This document shows positions 22,799 to 35,200 of a stretch of 52,527 bases of DNA, piece by piece. The notes beneath the pieces were generated by a model, which had not been told where the DNA came from, searched no databases, and worked only from the letters and a program-made list of their open reading frames with translations. The stretch covers positions 1 through 52,527 of the forward strand of contig UYFQ01000149.1 of the NCBI GenBank assembly GCA_900617105.1, read 5' to 3'. The DNA comes from Hydrurus foetidus. Lineage: Eukaryota. Position 1 is the stretch's first letter; every line of letters starts with the position of its first letter. Position numbers and translations under genes: made by a program.

Positions 22799-23044
22799 TG
22801 TTGGAGTATCCGGGAAAAGACACTTCAGCTGTTGTGTGTGTGTGTGTGTGGATCCCGACGGACAGCGGCGTGTACCCTTGGGGTAGTGGCCGGGACCCCG
22901 TTGGTTGCGTGATCTTTACAGACTCTGTCTGTTAAAGATATCCTGATTTGACTGATGCGTGCTTCGATCTTGATGATTGTAAAAGACTGTGTTGCCGTCA
23001 TCGCATGGATGGCAACACAAGTTTAATTATCAAGTGATTAAACA
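22799..23044 (+). repeat. Copia 5' LTR
   Basis: Starts TGTTGGAG, contains (TG)9 and the hairpin TGTGTTGCC..GGCAACACA (22988-23019), and probably ends ...TTAAACA at 23044. Confidence 0.9.
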
Positions 23045-23155
23045 TAGGTCTTATTTCACGAGTCTTGGGTCCTAACTCGACTTACGCGGAGTCACTGAAT
23101 CCTCCCCGGATTCACCGAAATCCCAACATAATTAAACTTGAACCAGCGCATCGAG

Positions 23156-26100
23156 ATGCCGCCGAAGAAAGAAGAACCCAAAAGTGCAAGAGAGCCTTGC
23201 ATATTGAAGATGGGGCGCCAGAACAACGTGATGCAATGGAAGGAAGAAATGCAAGACGAAGCATGCAGTTTATACGGCATGACCGGCATGTTCTTCAGCA
23301 CCGATGAAATCCACTTCATACCGTATCCTCGCGAGGAGGATTACATTCCAAGACCTCCACCTCCTGTTAGAGACGAGGAGGAGACTGACGACGACGAGTC
23401 AGTAGAGGAGGTCGTAGTTGGACCTGCACCTGCACCTGCACCTGCACCTGTAGCTGCACCTGTCCCGTTCACAGCTGCATTCCTTGAGAGATTGAGAGCC
23501 AATGCGTTTGAAGGACGCAGGAAGCTAGTCGAAGCGCAAAAGATCGACGAACAAAAGTTGTTCCCACTGATGTTGTCACGGATGTCGACCGCGTCTAAGT
23601 CCAAGGTTCGGGAGGAACCAGGGTACGAGTCTGCGAGGATGCGACTCGACAGTGTCAAACTTTGGGAGTTCATCAAACGCAGTCATCTCACGCACGTCTA
23701 TGGTGAGGACGATTCTATGCGTGCGGTGAACGTTCACGAACAGACAATCAGGTACAACTACCTTCGTCAGGGTGAGCGTGAGTTCATAGGTGAGTTTAAG
23801 ACCAGATTCGACAATCAACTGGCAGCGAATAGAGGAGTCGGTATGGAGGATGTCGAAGAGTCAATTAGGGCAATCGAGTTCTTAAGCAAACTAGACCCGA
23901 AAAGGTATACATGTATGCTCACCGTGATGCGTAACAATGCTGTGCAAAACTTGCCGAATAGCTACCCTTCTACCTTAGCCGGAGCGTACAGGATAGCTGC
24001 GTCCTGGACGAACGCGAACGGAGCCGTCCCCCTCGGCGCCGAGCAACATTCCGCGTTTTTGACCGATTTGGCAATGACGACGAAGGAAAAAGGTCCACGA
24101 AAGAAAGTTCATGGGAAGGGGGTTCCAACGAAAAAGAAACCACTTTCATCCGTGATATGTTTCGTATGTGGCGGAGCCGGACACTACGCGCGCGACTGCC
24201 CGAATCGCAAAAGCGAAGATCAAGTACTCTATGCAGACACAGAAGAGGATGTCGATGAGGACGATAGGACCGTTGAGACGGCTTTCGTAGCCTCGAACGA
24301 GGTGGTGCTCTTCGCCAGGAGCCACGTCCTGCTTGACAACCAAGCCTCCGTCAATGTGTTCTGCAACGCGAATCTGCTTACCGACATCCGTCGCTCTGAG
24401 CATGGGATTCTGCTCAACGGAGTCCAGGCCGACGCCGAAGCAGTCAGAGTAGATCTGGAAGGCGACTTTGGAGAGGTCGGACCAGTCTATTCGCTGCGAT
24501 GGTCGACAGAGGAGCCGACATCCAGTACAGCCAGATAGATGAGAGGTTCACTCTCCAGCCGAGGGGAAGCCCCAACATCTACAGCTTTTGTAGGAGGCCA
24601 GTGACAGGTTCAGAAGGGAGGTTTTACGTCTGCGATGTCGAGTCGATGGTGAAGGGAGTGCCGACGCAGCACAGCGATGAGACGGTGCTAGTCAACACGG
24701 TGAGTGACAACATGTCACGGTTCACCAAGCGCGAAATCGCATCAGCCGCGAAGGCTCGGGAGTTGTTGGCACGCATGGGATATCCGCCTGTCGAGATGGC
24801 GATCGCGATGGTGCGGGGAGGGAACAATTTCAAGGTGTCCGAGAACGATTTCAGGATAGCTCATTCTATCTGGGGGAAATGTCTTGCCAGCCTCAAGGGC
24901 AAAACTCACAAGATGAAGACGCCCATAGCCGACATCTCGCTATGTGCACCATTAGCACAAAAGCAACAGATTTTGGCTGTGGACATTGCCTACGTCGACA
25001 ACACAGCGGTACTTATTGGTGTATCTACCCCTCTGGACCTCACCCTCTCTAACAGTCTCATTCGCTTCGACTCCACCAAACCCTCTCGATCAGCGCCCGT
25101 GGTAAAGGCTGCATTAGATGAAATGATATCCACTCTCACTTCTAGGAGCTTCACAGTCAAAGTTATCATGAGCGACGGAGAAGGTGCGATCGGCAAAATC
25201 GTACCCAATCTGAGGGCGCTCGGGATCGAGGTGGATATCAGCGCGGCGGGCGGCCACGTTGCCAGAATCGAACGGAAGATTCAGATGGTCAAGGAGCGAT
25301 GCAGAGCACACATTTGCGGTCGGCTCCCATTCACATTAACCGACTTGGGTAATACAATGCTTGTTCTATATTGTGTCTCACGTATCAACTGTCAGCAATC
25401 AGGATCAAGGCCCGGGGGTCTTTCACCGAGGGAACTTTTTTCCGGACGGCGGGTTGATGGGACCCTGGACTTTCGTGCAGCCTTTGGAGACTATGCTGTG
25501 TGCACCGTTCCCAACACGAATAACACGATGGAATCTCGTACTGAAGACTGCATTGTGATGCTTCCCACTCACAACCGCACCGGATCTTTCAAGATGATGT
25601 CACTAAGCTCCGGTCGGATCGTATCGAGGGACCAGTTCAAGATCCTCCCCATGCCGCAGTCCGTCATCCAGACGTTGAACTCATGGGCAATACGAGAAGG
25701 GAAGAAAATTACCCGTACTAGAGTGCATGTATTCGATGAATTGCTGTTTGGAAATCATGTCGACAAATCTAATATGCCACAATTCATTACCAACCCCCCC
25801 ACTCAGGATGGTGTTGTCGATAACCAAATGGGGACTCAGTCGACCGGACCTCAACCTCAACCGGTCATAGCCGACCTTCCTCACGCCGACAACGTCATCG
25901 AGTTGCCATATTCCGAAGTGGGGGGGGGGTACCTGGAGCACCCGAGCTTGGTATTATGGCACCTCATTTGGACGGTGTCGCCCTACCCATCGAAACTCCT
26001 GACGTACTCAGCCCACCGCACATCCCCCTGGGGGATCACTCCCAACAGGTCGATGCGCAACACCCACCACCACCACCACTAACAACTGACTCCATCGGAG

Positions 26101-27934
26101 CCGTACCAAGCGAGTCAGACAGCGCAGCGGCAAGCGGCGCATCACCACCACCACCTCCTCAGCGAGTCATCGAGTTCTTTCGCACCGGAGAAGGCGCATT
26201 CGTCACAACGAATACGAGCGTACGTACTACAGCCTCTGGATCAGCGACCATCTTACATAGCATCGAGGAAGTGCTGAAGCGACACGTGCTCGAGATGAGC
26301 AGAAATGACACCGCAAACATCAGTGTGAGGGAAGCACTGCGAACTCGGGGTGCAGAGGCGAGCAAAGTGATCACCCAAGAACTCAAGCAGATGCTTGACA
26401 GGAAAGTGTGGGTGCCCATCCAGGGTGCGAAGCTCACCGCGTCGCAGCGATCAGCGGTGATCCGATCATCCATGTTCCTCAAGCGCAAGAACAATCCCGA
26501 CGGAACATTCCTCAAACTCAAGGCGAGGCTTGTAGCTGGGGGGACCAACAAGACAAGGGTCTGTACGACGACCTCTCATCGCCCACGGTCTCGACCAGCG
26601 TAGTGTTCACACTGCTAGCAGTGGCAGCCCACGAGAACCGCAGAGTAGCGGTGGTGGACATTAGCGGAGCCTACCTCAACGCTTACATGACCAAGGGTGT
26701 ACCGGTCCACATGAGACTCGACCGCACGATGACTGGATTCATTACCAACATCGATGCCAGCTACAAGAAGCACGTGGATGCGGGTGGAGGAATCACAGTG
26801 CTACTCAAGAAAGCACTCTACGGGTGCGTGGAGAGTGCTGGGCTCTGGTACGACAACCTCAAAGACTCCATGAGTGCATTGGGGTACACGAGAAACGCGT
26901 GCGACCGGTGCGTATTCAACCGGATCGGACCGGACGGAGTCCAGTGTACTGCGGCCGTTCACGTGGACGACTTGCTCATCACGAGCAAGAGCAAATCCCT
27001 GATGACTCACCTAGTCGAAGGGCTGCGCAATAGGTATGGTGAAATCACACTTACCTACGGTCCGATTGTTAACTACCTCGGAATGCGTATAGATCTATCC
27101 ATACCAGGGCGTGCGGAGATCACCATGCAAGGATACTCGGACGAGGTCGTGTCCACATCAGGGGTGCGCGGCACAGCGCGATCACCCGCAACCGACGGGC
27201 TATTCGAGACAAGAGAGGGTGCTGAGCTAGCAGGGGAGGCAGCTAGGGTGTGGTTCCACAAAGTTGTCGCCATGGTCCTATACCTCGCGAAGCGCACCAA
27301 ACCTGAGTGCCTCACCGCTGTGTCGTACCTCACTACACGCGTGACCAAGTGCACAGTGGACGACCTGGAAAAGCTGCAGCGTCTGATAAGATACATCAGA
27401 GCAACCCGGGACCATGGACTGGTACTGATGCCGGGTGCAGGGGGGATCTCCGTGAAGCTTTACGTTGACGCGTCCTACGGAGTCCACCACGATGAGAAGT
27501 CCCACACTGGCAGCTGCATAGTGATCGGAGACGTCGGAGCTGTGCACTGCAGGTCGAGCAAGCAGCTCATCGTCACCAAGTCGAGCACCGAGGCGGAGCT
27601 AGTGGGACTCTCCGACTCGGCCAACCAGGGCCTATTCATTCGTACTTTTCTTACTGCACAGGGGTACCACATGCCGGCGATGACGATCCTACAAGACAAC
27701 CAGTCCTGCATGGCGCTCATAGCGAGAGGGCGATCAGGAGCGGAGCGCACAAGACACATCCAGATCCGCTATTTCTGGGTGAAGGAGCGAGTGGACAAGG
27801 GCGAGGCGAAGATCGAGTACCTACGCTCGGAGGACATGTACGCCAACGTACTTACCAAGCCGCTCCAGGGTGCACAGTTCGTGCGAGAGAGAGGGTGCCT
27901 CACGGGATGGGCACAAGAGACAGCGAGCAATTGA
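23156..27934 (+). CDS. Copia Gag-Pol polyprotein, split over four frames
   Basis: Zinc knuckle CFVCGGAGHYARDC; PR LLDNQASV; IN LAVDIAY, MSDGE, IERKIQMVKE; RT KARLVAGG, VDISGAYL, LKKALYG, HVDDLL; RH YVDASY, SSTEAEL, LQDN, RTRHIQIRYF, ANVLTKPL. Frame breaks near 24490, 25925 and 26540. Confidence 0.94.
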
Positions 27935-28056
27935 GAGTGCTCAGAGAAAATCCTATTTAGCTTAGACTTATTGCGTGCAAATCAATTCGCCATGACATCC
28001 TATGTTTGAAAATCAAATGCGTGATACATTAACAACTACTGTGTGCCTGTTGGGTG

Positions 28057-28297
28057 TGTTGGAGTATCCGGGAAAAGACACTTCAGCTGTTGTGTGTGTG
28101 TGTGTGTGGATCCCGACGGACAGCGGCGTGTACCCTTGGGGTAGTGGCCGGGACCCCGTTGGTTGCGTGATCTTTACAGACTCTGTCTGTTAAAGATATC
28201 CTGATTTGACTGATGCGTGCTTCGATCTTGATGATTGTAAAAGACTGTGTTGCCGTCATCGCATGGATGGCAACACAAGTTTAATTATCAAGTGATT
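28057..28297 (+). repeat. Copia 3' LTR, apparently missing its last ~5 bp
   Basis: Matches the 5' LTR up to AGTGATT, then switches to CCGTCAAATAACT. Confidence 0.9.
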
Positions 28298-29087
28298 CCG
28301 TCAAATAACTCCTATTTAGTATCTCCCTATTAATATCTTTTCTTTTAATATCTCCCACTTAATAACGTCTCTACCACCTAAGGCCGTTCCTTACAGCATC
28401 CAGAAAGTTCCATAAAAAAAGTTCATCAAAAATTTTCCAAAAAAATAATTTCGTTTTCGTCATTTTAACTGTACCGTTCAAAATGTAGTTTTTGGATGGA
28501 GATTGCCATCCGAGAAGTGGGTTACTTTTCTGGGAAGGCATCGGTTATCCGAAAAGTTTTTTTTCGGATGGCCGTTTTTTCGGAAGACAAGGAATATTTT
28601 TGAAATTGTTTTGTTTGAAATTTTCATCACATTATTGTGTCACTAATTTCAATAAACGCTGATTTTTTGGTAAAACTTTTCCCTTCGTTTCTCTAGTCGT
28701 GGAAAAAATTAAACTAATTCAAAAAAAAGAAGAATTGAACATGAATTAAATAAAAGAAGAAAATTCATTACGGAAGTCAAATGCCGGTTGGTTATGAATG
28801 ATACACTTACTGAAAGTTTGACATTATCGTTTAATCAAAATTCAATTTTCATTTTATATTCTAAAAGTATTGATAAGGAAAAGTTGTTATGGATATGGCA
28901 AGGTATTCTGATAGCAATATTTTATTCCCATTCTCATTCCCATTCCTATTCAGATGTGCTATCAATTAAGCTTATAATGATGAATTCAAACATTTTCATA
29001 TTTTTATTCTTCTTAATATTCACATTTATCATGTTATTTATATTTTATGTGTTGTATTTTCTACACTACTGCTAATAATTGTATTCT

Positions 29088-29128
29088 GTATTATAGTATT
29101 ATAGTATTATAGTATAATAGTATTAGTA
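29088..29128. repeat. (TATTATAG)n microsatellite
   Basis: About 5 imperfect copies of an 8-mer. Confidence 0.8.
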
Positions 29129-29245
29129 TCTTTGAATTTACATTTACATACTTACACTCATCTTTATACGTATATTCTTGCTGACCTCTTGTCATTATTA
29201 TCATGTAAATGTAATTCTAGATGATTATTTTGCTCTATGGAGATC

Positions 29246-32200
29246 TAGATGTCACTGTAGATGTCACTGTAGATATCACTGTAGATGTCAATATAGATAT
29301 CACTGTTAGATGTCACTGTAGATGTCACTGTAGATGTCACTGTAGATGTCACTGTAGATGTAGATATCACTGTAGATGTCACTGTAGATGTCACTGTAGA
29401 TGTCACTGTAGATGTCACTGTAGATGTCACTGTAGATGTCACTGTAGATGTCACTGTAGATGTCACTGTAGATGTCACTGTAGATGTCACTGTAGATGTC
29501 AATGTAGATGTCACTGTAGATGTCACTGTAGATGTCACTGTAGATGTCACTGTAGATGTCACTGTAGATGTCACTGTAGATGTCACTGTAGATGTCACTG
29601 TAGATGTCACAGTAGATGTAGATGTCACTGTAGATGTCACTGTAGATGTCACAGTAGATGTCACTGTAGATGTCACTGTAGATGTCACTGTAGATGTCAC
29701 TGTAGATGTCACTGTAGATGTCACTGTAGATGTCACTGTAGATGTCACTGTAGATGTCACTGTAGATGTCACTGTAGATGTCACTGTAGATGTCACTGTA
29801 GATGTCACTGTAAATGTAGATGTCACTGTAGATGTCACTGTAGATGTCACTGTAGATGTCACAGTAGATGTCACTGTAGATGTCACTGTAGATGTCACTG
29901 TAGATGTCACTGTAGATGTCACTGTAGATGTCACTGTAGATGTCACTGTAGATGTCACTGTAGATGTCACAGTAGATGTCAATGTAGATGTCACTGTAGA
30001 TGTCATATGTCACTGTACACTGTAGATGTCACTGTAGATGTCACAGTAGATGTCACTGTAGATGTCACTGTAGATGTCACAGTAGATGTCACTGTAGATG
30101 TCACTGTAGATGTCAATGTAGATGTCACAGTAGATGTCACTGTAGATGTCACTGTAGATGTCACTGTAGATGTCACTGTAGATGTCACTGTAGATGTCAA
30201 TGTAGATGTCACTGTAGATGTCACTGTAGATGTCACTGTAGATGTCACAGTAGATGTCACTGTAGATGTCACAGTAGATGTCACTGTAGATGTCACTGTA
30301 GATGTCACTGTAGATGTCACTGTAGATGTCACTGTAGATGTCACTGTAGATGTCACTGTAGATGTCACAGTAGATGTCACTGTAGATGTCAATACATATG
30401 TCACTGTTGATGTCACTGTAGATGTCACTGTAGATGTCACTGTAGATGTCACTGTAGATGTCACTGTAGATGTCACTGTAGATGTCACTGTAGATGTCAC
30501 TGTAGATGTCACTGTAGATGTCACTGTAGATGTTGTAGATGTCACTGTAGATGTCACAGTAGATGTCACTGTAGATGTCACATGTAGATGTCACTGTAGA
30601 TGTCACAGTAGATGTCACTGTAGATGTCACTGTAGATGTCACAGTAGATGTCACTGTAGATGTCACAGTATATGTAGATGTCACTGTAGATGTCACTGTA
30701 GATGTCACTGTAGATGTCACAGTAGATGTCACTGTAGATGTCACAGTAGATGTCATGTAGATGTCACAGTAGATGTCACTGTAGATGTCACTGTAGATGT
30801 CACTGTAGATGTCACAGTAGATGTCACTGTAGATGTCACAGTAGATGTCACTGTAGATGTCACTGTAGATGTCACTGTAGATGTCACTGTAGATGTCACT
30901 GTAGATGTCACTGTAGATGTCACTGTAGATGTCACTGTAGATGTCACAGTAGATGTCACAGTAGATGTCACTGTAGATGTCACTGTAGATGTCACAGTAG
31001 ATGTCACTGTAGATGTCACTGTAGATGTCACTGTAGATGTCACTGTAGATGTCACAGTAGATGTCACTGTAGATGTCACAGTAGATGTCACTGTAGATGT
31101 CAATGTAGATGTCACTGTAGATGTCACAGTAGATGTCACTGTAGATGTCACTGTAGATGTCAATGTAGATGTCACTGTAGATGTCACTGTAGATGTCACA
31201 GTAGATGTCACAGTAGATGTCACTGTAGATGTCAATGTAGATGTCACAGTAGATGTCACAGTAGATGTCACTGTAGATGTCACTGTAGATGTCACTGTAG
31301 ATGTCACTGTAGATGTCATGTAGATGTCACTGTAGATGTCACTGTAGATGTCACAGTAGATGTCACTGTAGATGTCACAGTAGATGTCACTGTAGATGTC
31401 ACTGTAGATGTCACTGTAGATGTCACTGTAGATGTCACTGTAGATGTCACAGTAGATGTCACTGTAGATGTCACTGTAGATGTCACAGTAGATGTCACTG
31501 TAGATGTCACTGTAGATGTCACTGTAGATGTCACTGTAGATGTCAATAGATGTCACAGTAGATGTCACAGTAGATGTCACTGTAGATGTCACTGTAGATG
31601 TCACTGTAGATGTCACTGTAGATGTCACTGTAGATGTCACAGTAGATGTCACAGTAGATGTCACAGTAGATGTCACTGTAGATGTCACTGTAGATGTCAC
31701 TGTAGATGTCACTGTAGATGTCACTGTAGATGTCACTGTAGATGTCACTGTAGATGTCACTGTAGATGTCACAGTAGATGTCACTGTAGATGTCACTGTA
31801 GATGTCACAGTAGATGTCACTGTAGATGTCACAGTAGATGTCACTGTAGATGTCACTGTAGATGTCACTGTAGATGTCACTGTAGATGTCACAGTAGATG
31901 TCACTGTAGATGTCACTGTAGATGTCACTGTAGATGTCACTGTAGATGTCACTGTAGATGTCACTGTAGATGTCACAGTAGATGTCACTGTAGATGTCTG
32001 TAGATGTCACAGTAGATGTCACTGTAGATGTCACTGTAGATGTCACAGTAGATGTCACTGTAGATGTCACAGTAGATGTCACTGTAGATGTCACAGTAGA
32101 TGTAATGTAGATGTCACTGTAGATGTCAGTAGATGTCACAGTAGATGTCACAGTAGATGTCACTGTAGATGTCACTGTAGATGTCACTGTAGATGTCACT

Positions 32201-35200
32201 GTAGATGTCACAGTAGATGTCACAGTAGATGTCACTGTAGATGTCACAGTAGATGTCACTGTAGATGTCACTGTAGATGTCACAGTAGATGTCACAGTAG
32301 ATGTCACTGTAGATGTCACTGTAGATGTCACTGTAGATGTCACTGTAGATGTCACTGTAGATGTCAATGTAGATGTCACAGTAGATGTCACTGTAGATGT
32401 CACAGTAGATGTCACAGTAGATGTCACTGTAGATGTCACAGTAGATGTCATGTAGATGTCACAGTAGATGTCACTGTAGATGTCACAGTAGATGTCACTG
32501 TAGATGTCACAGTAGATGTCACAGTAGATGTCACAGTAGATGTCACAGTAGATGTCACTGTAGATGTCACAGTAGATGTCACTGTAGATGTCACAGTAGA
32601 TGTCACAGTAGATGTCACTGTAGATGTCACAGTAGATGTCACTGTAGATGTCACAGTAGATGTCACAGTAGATGTCAATGTAGATGTCACTGTAGATGTC
32701 ACAGTAGATGTCACTGTAGATGTCACTGTAGATGTCACAGTAGATGTCACAGTAGATGTAATGTAGATGTCACAGTAGATGTCATGTAGATGTCACAGTA
32801 GATGTCACAGTAGATGTAGATGTCACTGTAGATGTCACTGTAGATGTCACTGTAGATGTCACTGTAGATGTCACAGTAGATGTCACTGTAGATGTCACTG
32901 TAGATGTCACTGTAGATGTCACAGTAGATGTCACAGTAGATGTCACAGTAGATGTCACTGTAGATGTCACAGTAGATGTCACAGTAGATGTCACAGTAGA
33001 TGTCACTGTAGATGTCACTGTAGATGTCACAGTAGATGTCACAGTAGATGTCACAGTAGATGTCACTGTAGATGTCACAGTAGATGTCACTGTAGATGTC
33101 ACATGTAGATGTCACAGTAGATGTCACTGTAGATGTCACTGTAGATGTCACAGTAGATGTCACAGTAGATGTCACTGTAGATGTCACAGTAGATGTCACT
33201 GTAGATGTAATGTAGATGTCACAGTAGATGTCACTGTAGATGTCACTGTAGATGTCACAGTAGATGTCACAGTAGATGTCACTGTAGATGTCACAGTAGA
33301 TGTCACAGTAGATGTCACTGTAGATGTCACTGTAGATGTCACAGTAGATGTCACTGTAGATGTCACAGTAGATGTCACTGTAGATGTCACTGTAGATGTC
33401 ACAGTAGATGTCACAGTAGATGTCACTGTAGATGTCACTGTAGATGTCATGTAGATGTCACTGTAGATGTCACAGTAGATGTCACAGTAGATGTCACTGT
33501 AGATGTCACTGTAGATGTCACTGTAGATGTCACAGTAGATGTCATGTAGATGTCACTGTAGATGTCACTGTAGATGTCACTGTAGATGTCACTGTAGATG
33601 TCACAGTAGATGTAATGTAGATGTCACTGTAGATGTCACAGTAGATGTCACAGTAGATGTCACTGTAGATGTCACAGTAGATGTCACAGTAGATGTCACA
33701 GTAGATGTCACTGTAGATGTCACTGTAGATGTCACAGTAGATGTCACAGTAGATGTCACAGTAGATGATAATGTAGATGTCACAGTAGATGTCACAGTAG
33801 ATGTCACAGTAGATGTCACAGTAGATGTAATGTAGATGTCACAGTAGATGTCACTGTAGATGTCACAGTAGATGTCAATGTAGATGTAGATGTCACTGTA
33901 GATGTCACAGTAGATGTCACAGTAGATGTCACTGTAGATGTCACTGTAGATGTCACTGTAGATGTCACTGTAGATGTCACAGTAGATGTCACAGTAGATG
34001 TAATGTAGATGTCACAGTAGATGTCACAGTAGATGTCACAGTAGATGTCACAGTAGATGTAATGTAGATGTCACTGTAGATGTCACTGTAGATGTCACTG
34101 TAGATGTCACTGTAGATGTAGATGTCACTGTAGATGTCACAGTAGATGTCACTGTAGATGTCACAGTAGATGTCACTGTAGATGTAGATGTCACTGTAGA
34201 TGTCACAGTAGATGTCACAGTAGATGTCACTGTAGATGTCACTGTAGATGTCACTGTAGATGTCACAGTAGATGTCACTGTAGATGTCACAGTAGATGTC
34301 ACTGTAGATGTCACTGTAGATGTCACTGTAGATGTCACTGTAGATGTCACTGTAGATGTCACAGTAGATGTCACAGTAGATGATAATGTAGATGTCACAG
34401 TAGATGTCAATGTAGATGTCACTGTAGATGTCACTGTAGATGTCACTGTAGATGTCACTGTAGATGTCACAGTAGATGTCACAGTAGATGTCACTGTAGA
34501 TGTCACTGTAGATGTCAGATGTCACTGTAGATGTCACAGTAGATGTCAATGTAGATGTCACTGTAGATGTCACAGTAGATGTCACTGTAGATGTCACAGT
34601 AGATGTCACTGTAGATGTCACAGTAGATGTCAAGTAGATGTCACTGTAGATGTCACTGTAGATGTCACTGTAGATGTCAGTAGATGTCACTGTAGATGTC
34701 ACTGTAGATGTCAGTATGTCACTGTAGATGTCACAGTAGATGTCACTGTAGATGTAGATGTCACAGTAGATGTCACTGTAGATGTCACAGTAGATGTCAC
34801 AGTAGATGTCACAGTAGATGTCACTGTAGATGTCACAGTAGATGTCACAGTAGATGTCACTGTAGATGTCACAGTAGATGTCACAGTAGATGTCACTGTA
34901 GATGTCACAGTAGATGTCACTGTAGATGTCACAGTAGATGTCACAGTAGATGTCACTGTAGATGTCACTGTAGATGTCACAGTAGATGTCACTGTAGATG
35001 TCACAGTAGATGTCACTGTAGATGTCACTGTAGATGTCATGTAGATGTCACTGTAGATGTCACAGTAGATGTCACTGTAGATGTCACTGTAGATGTCACA
35101 GTAGATGTCACAGTAGATGTCACAGTAGATGTCACAGTAGATGTCAATGTAGATGTCACAGTAGATGTCACTGTAGATGTCACTGTAGATGTCACAGTAG

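Larger units (their letters stand above)
22799..28297 (+). mobile_element. Copia/Ty1 LTR retrotransposon (CoDi-like motifs)
   Basis: Direct repeats at 22799-23039 and 28057-28297, with no differences seen by eye; domain order gag-PR-IN-RT-RH. No TSD is visible. Confidence 0.96.
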
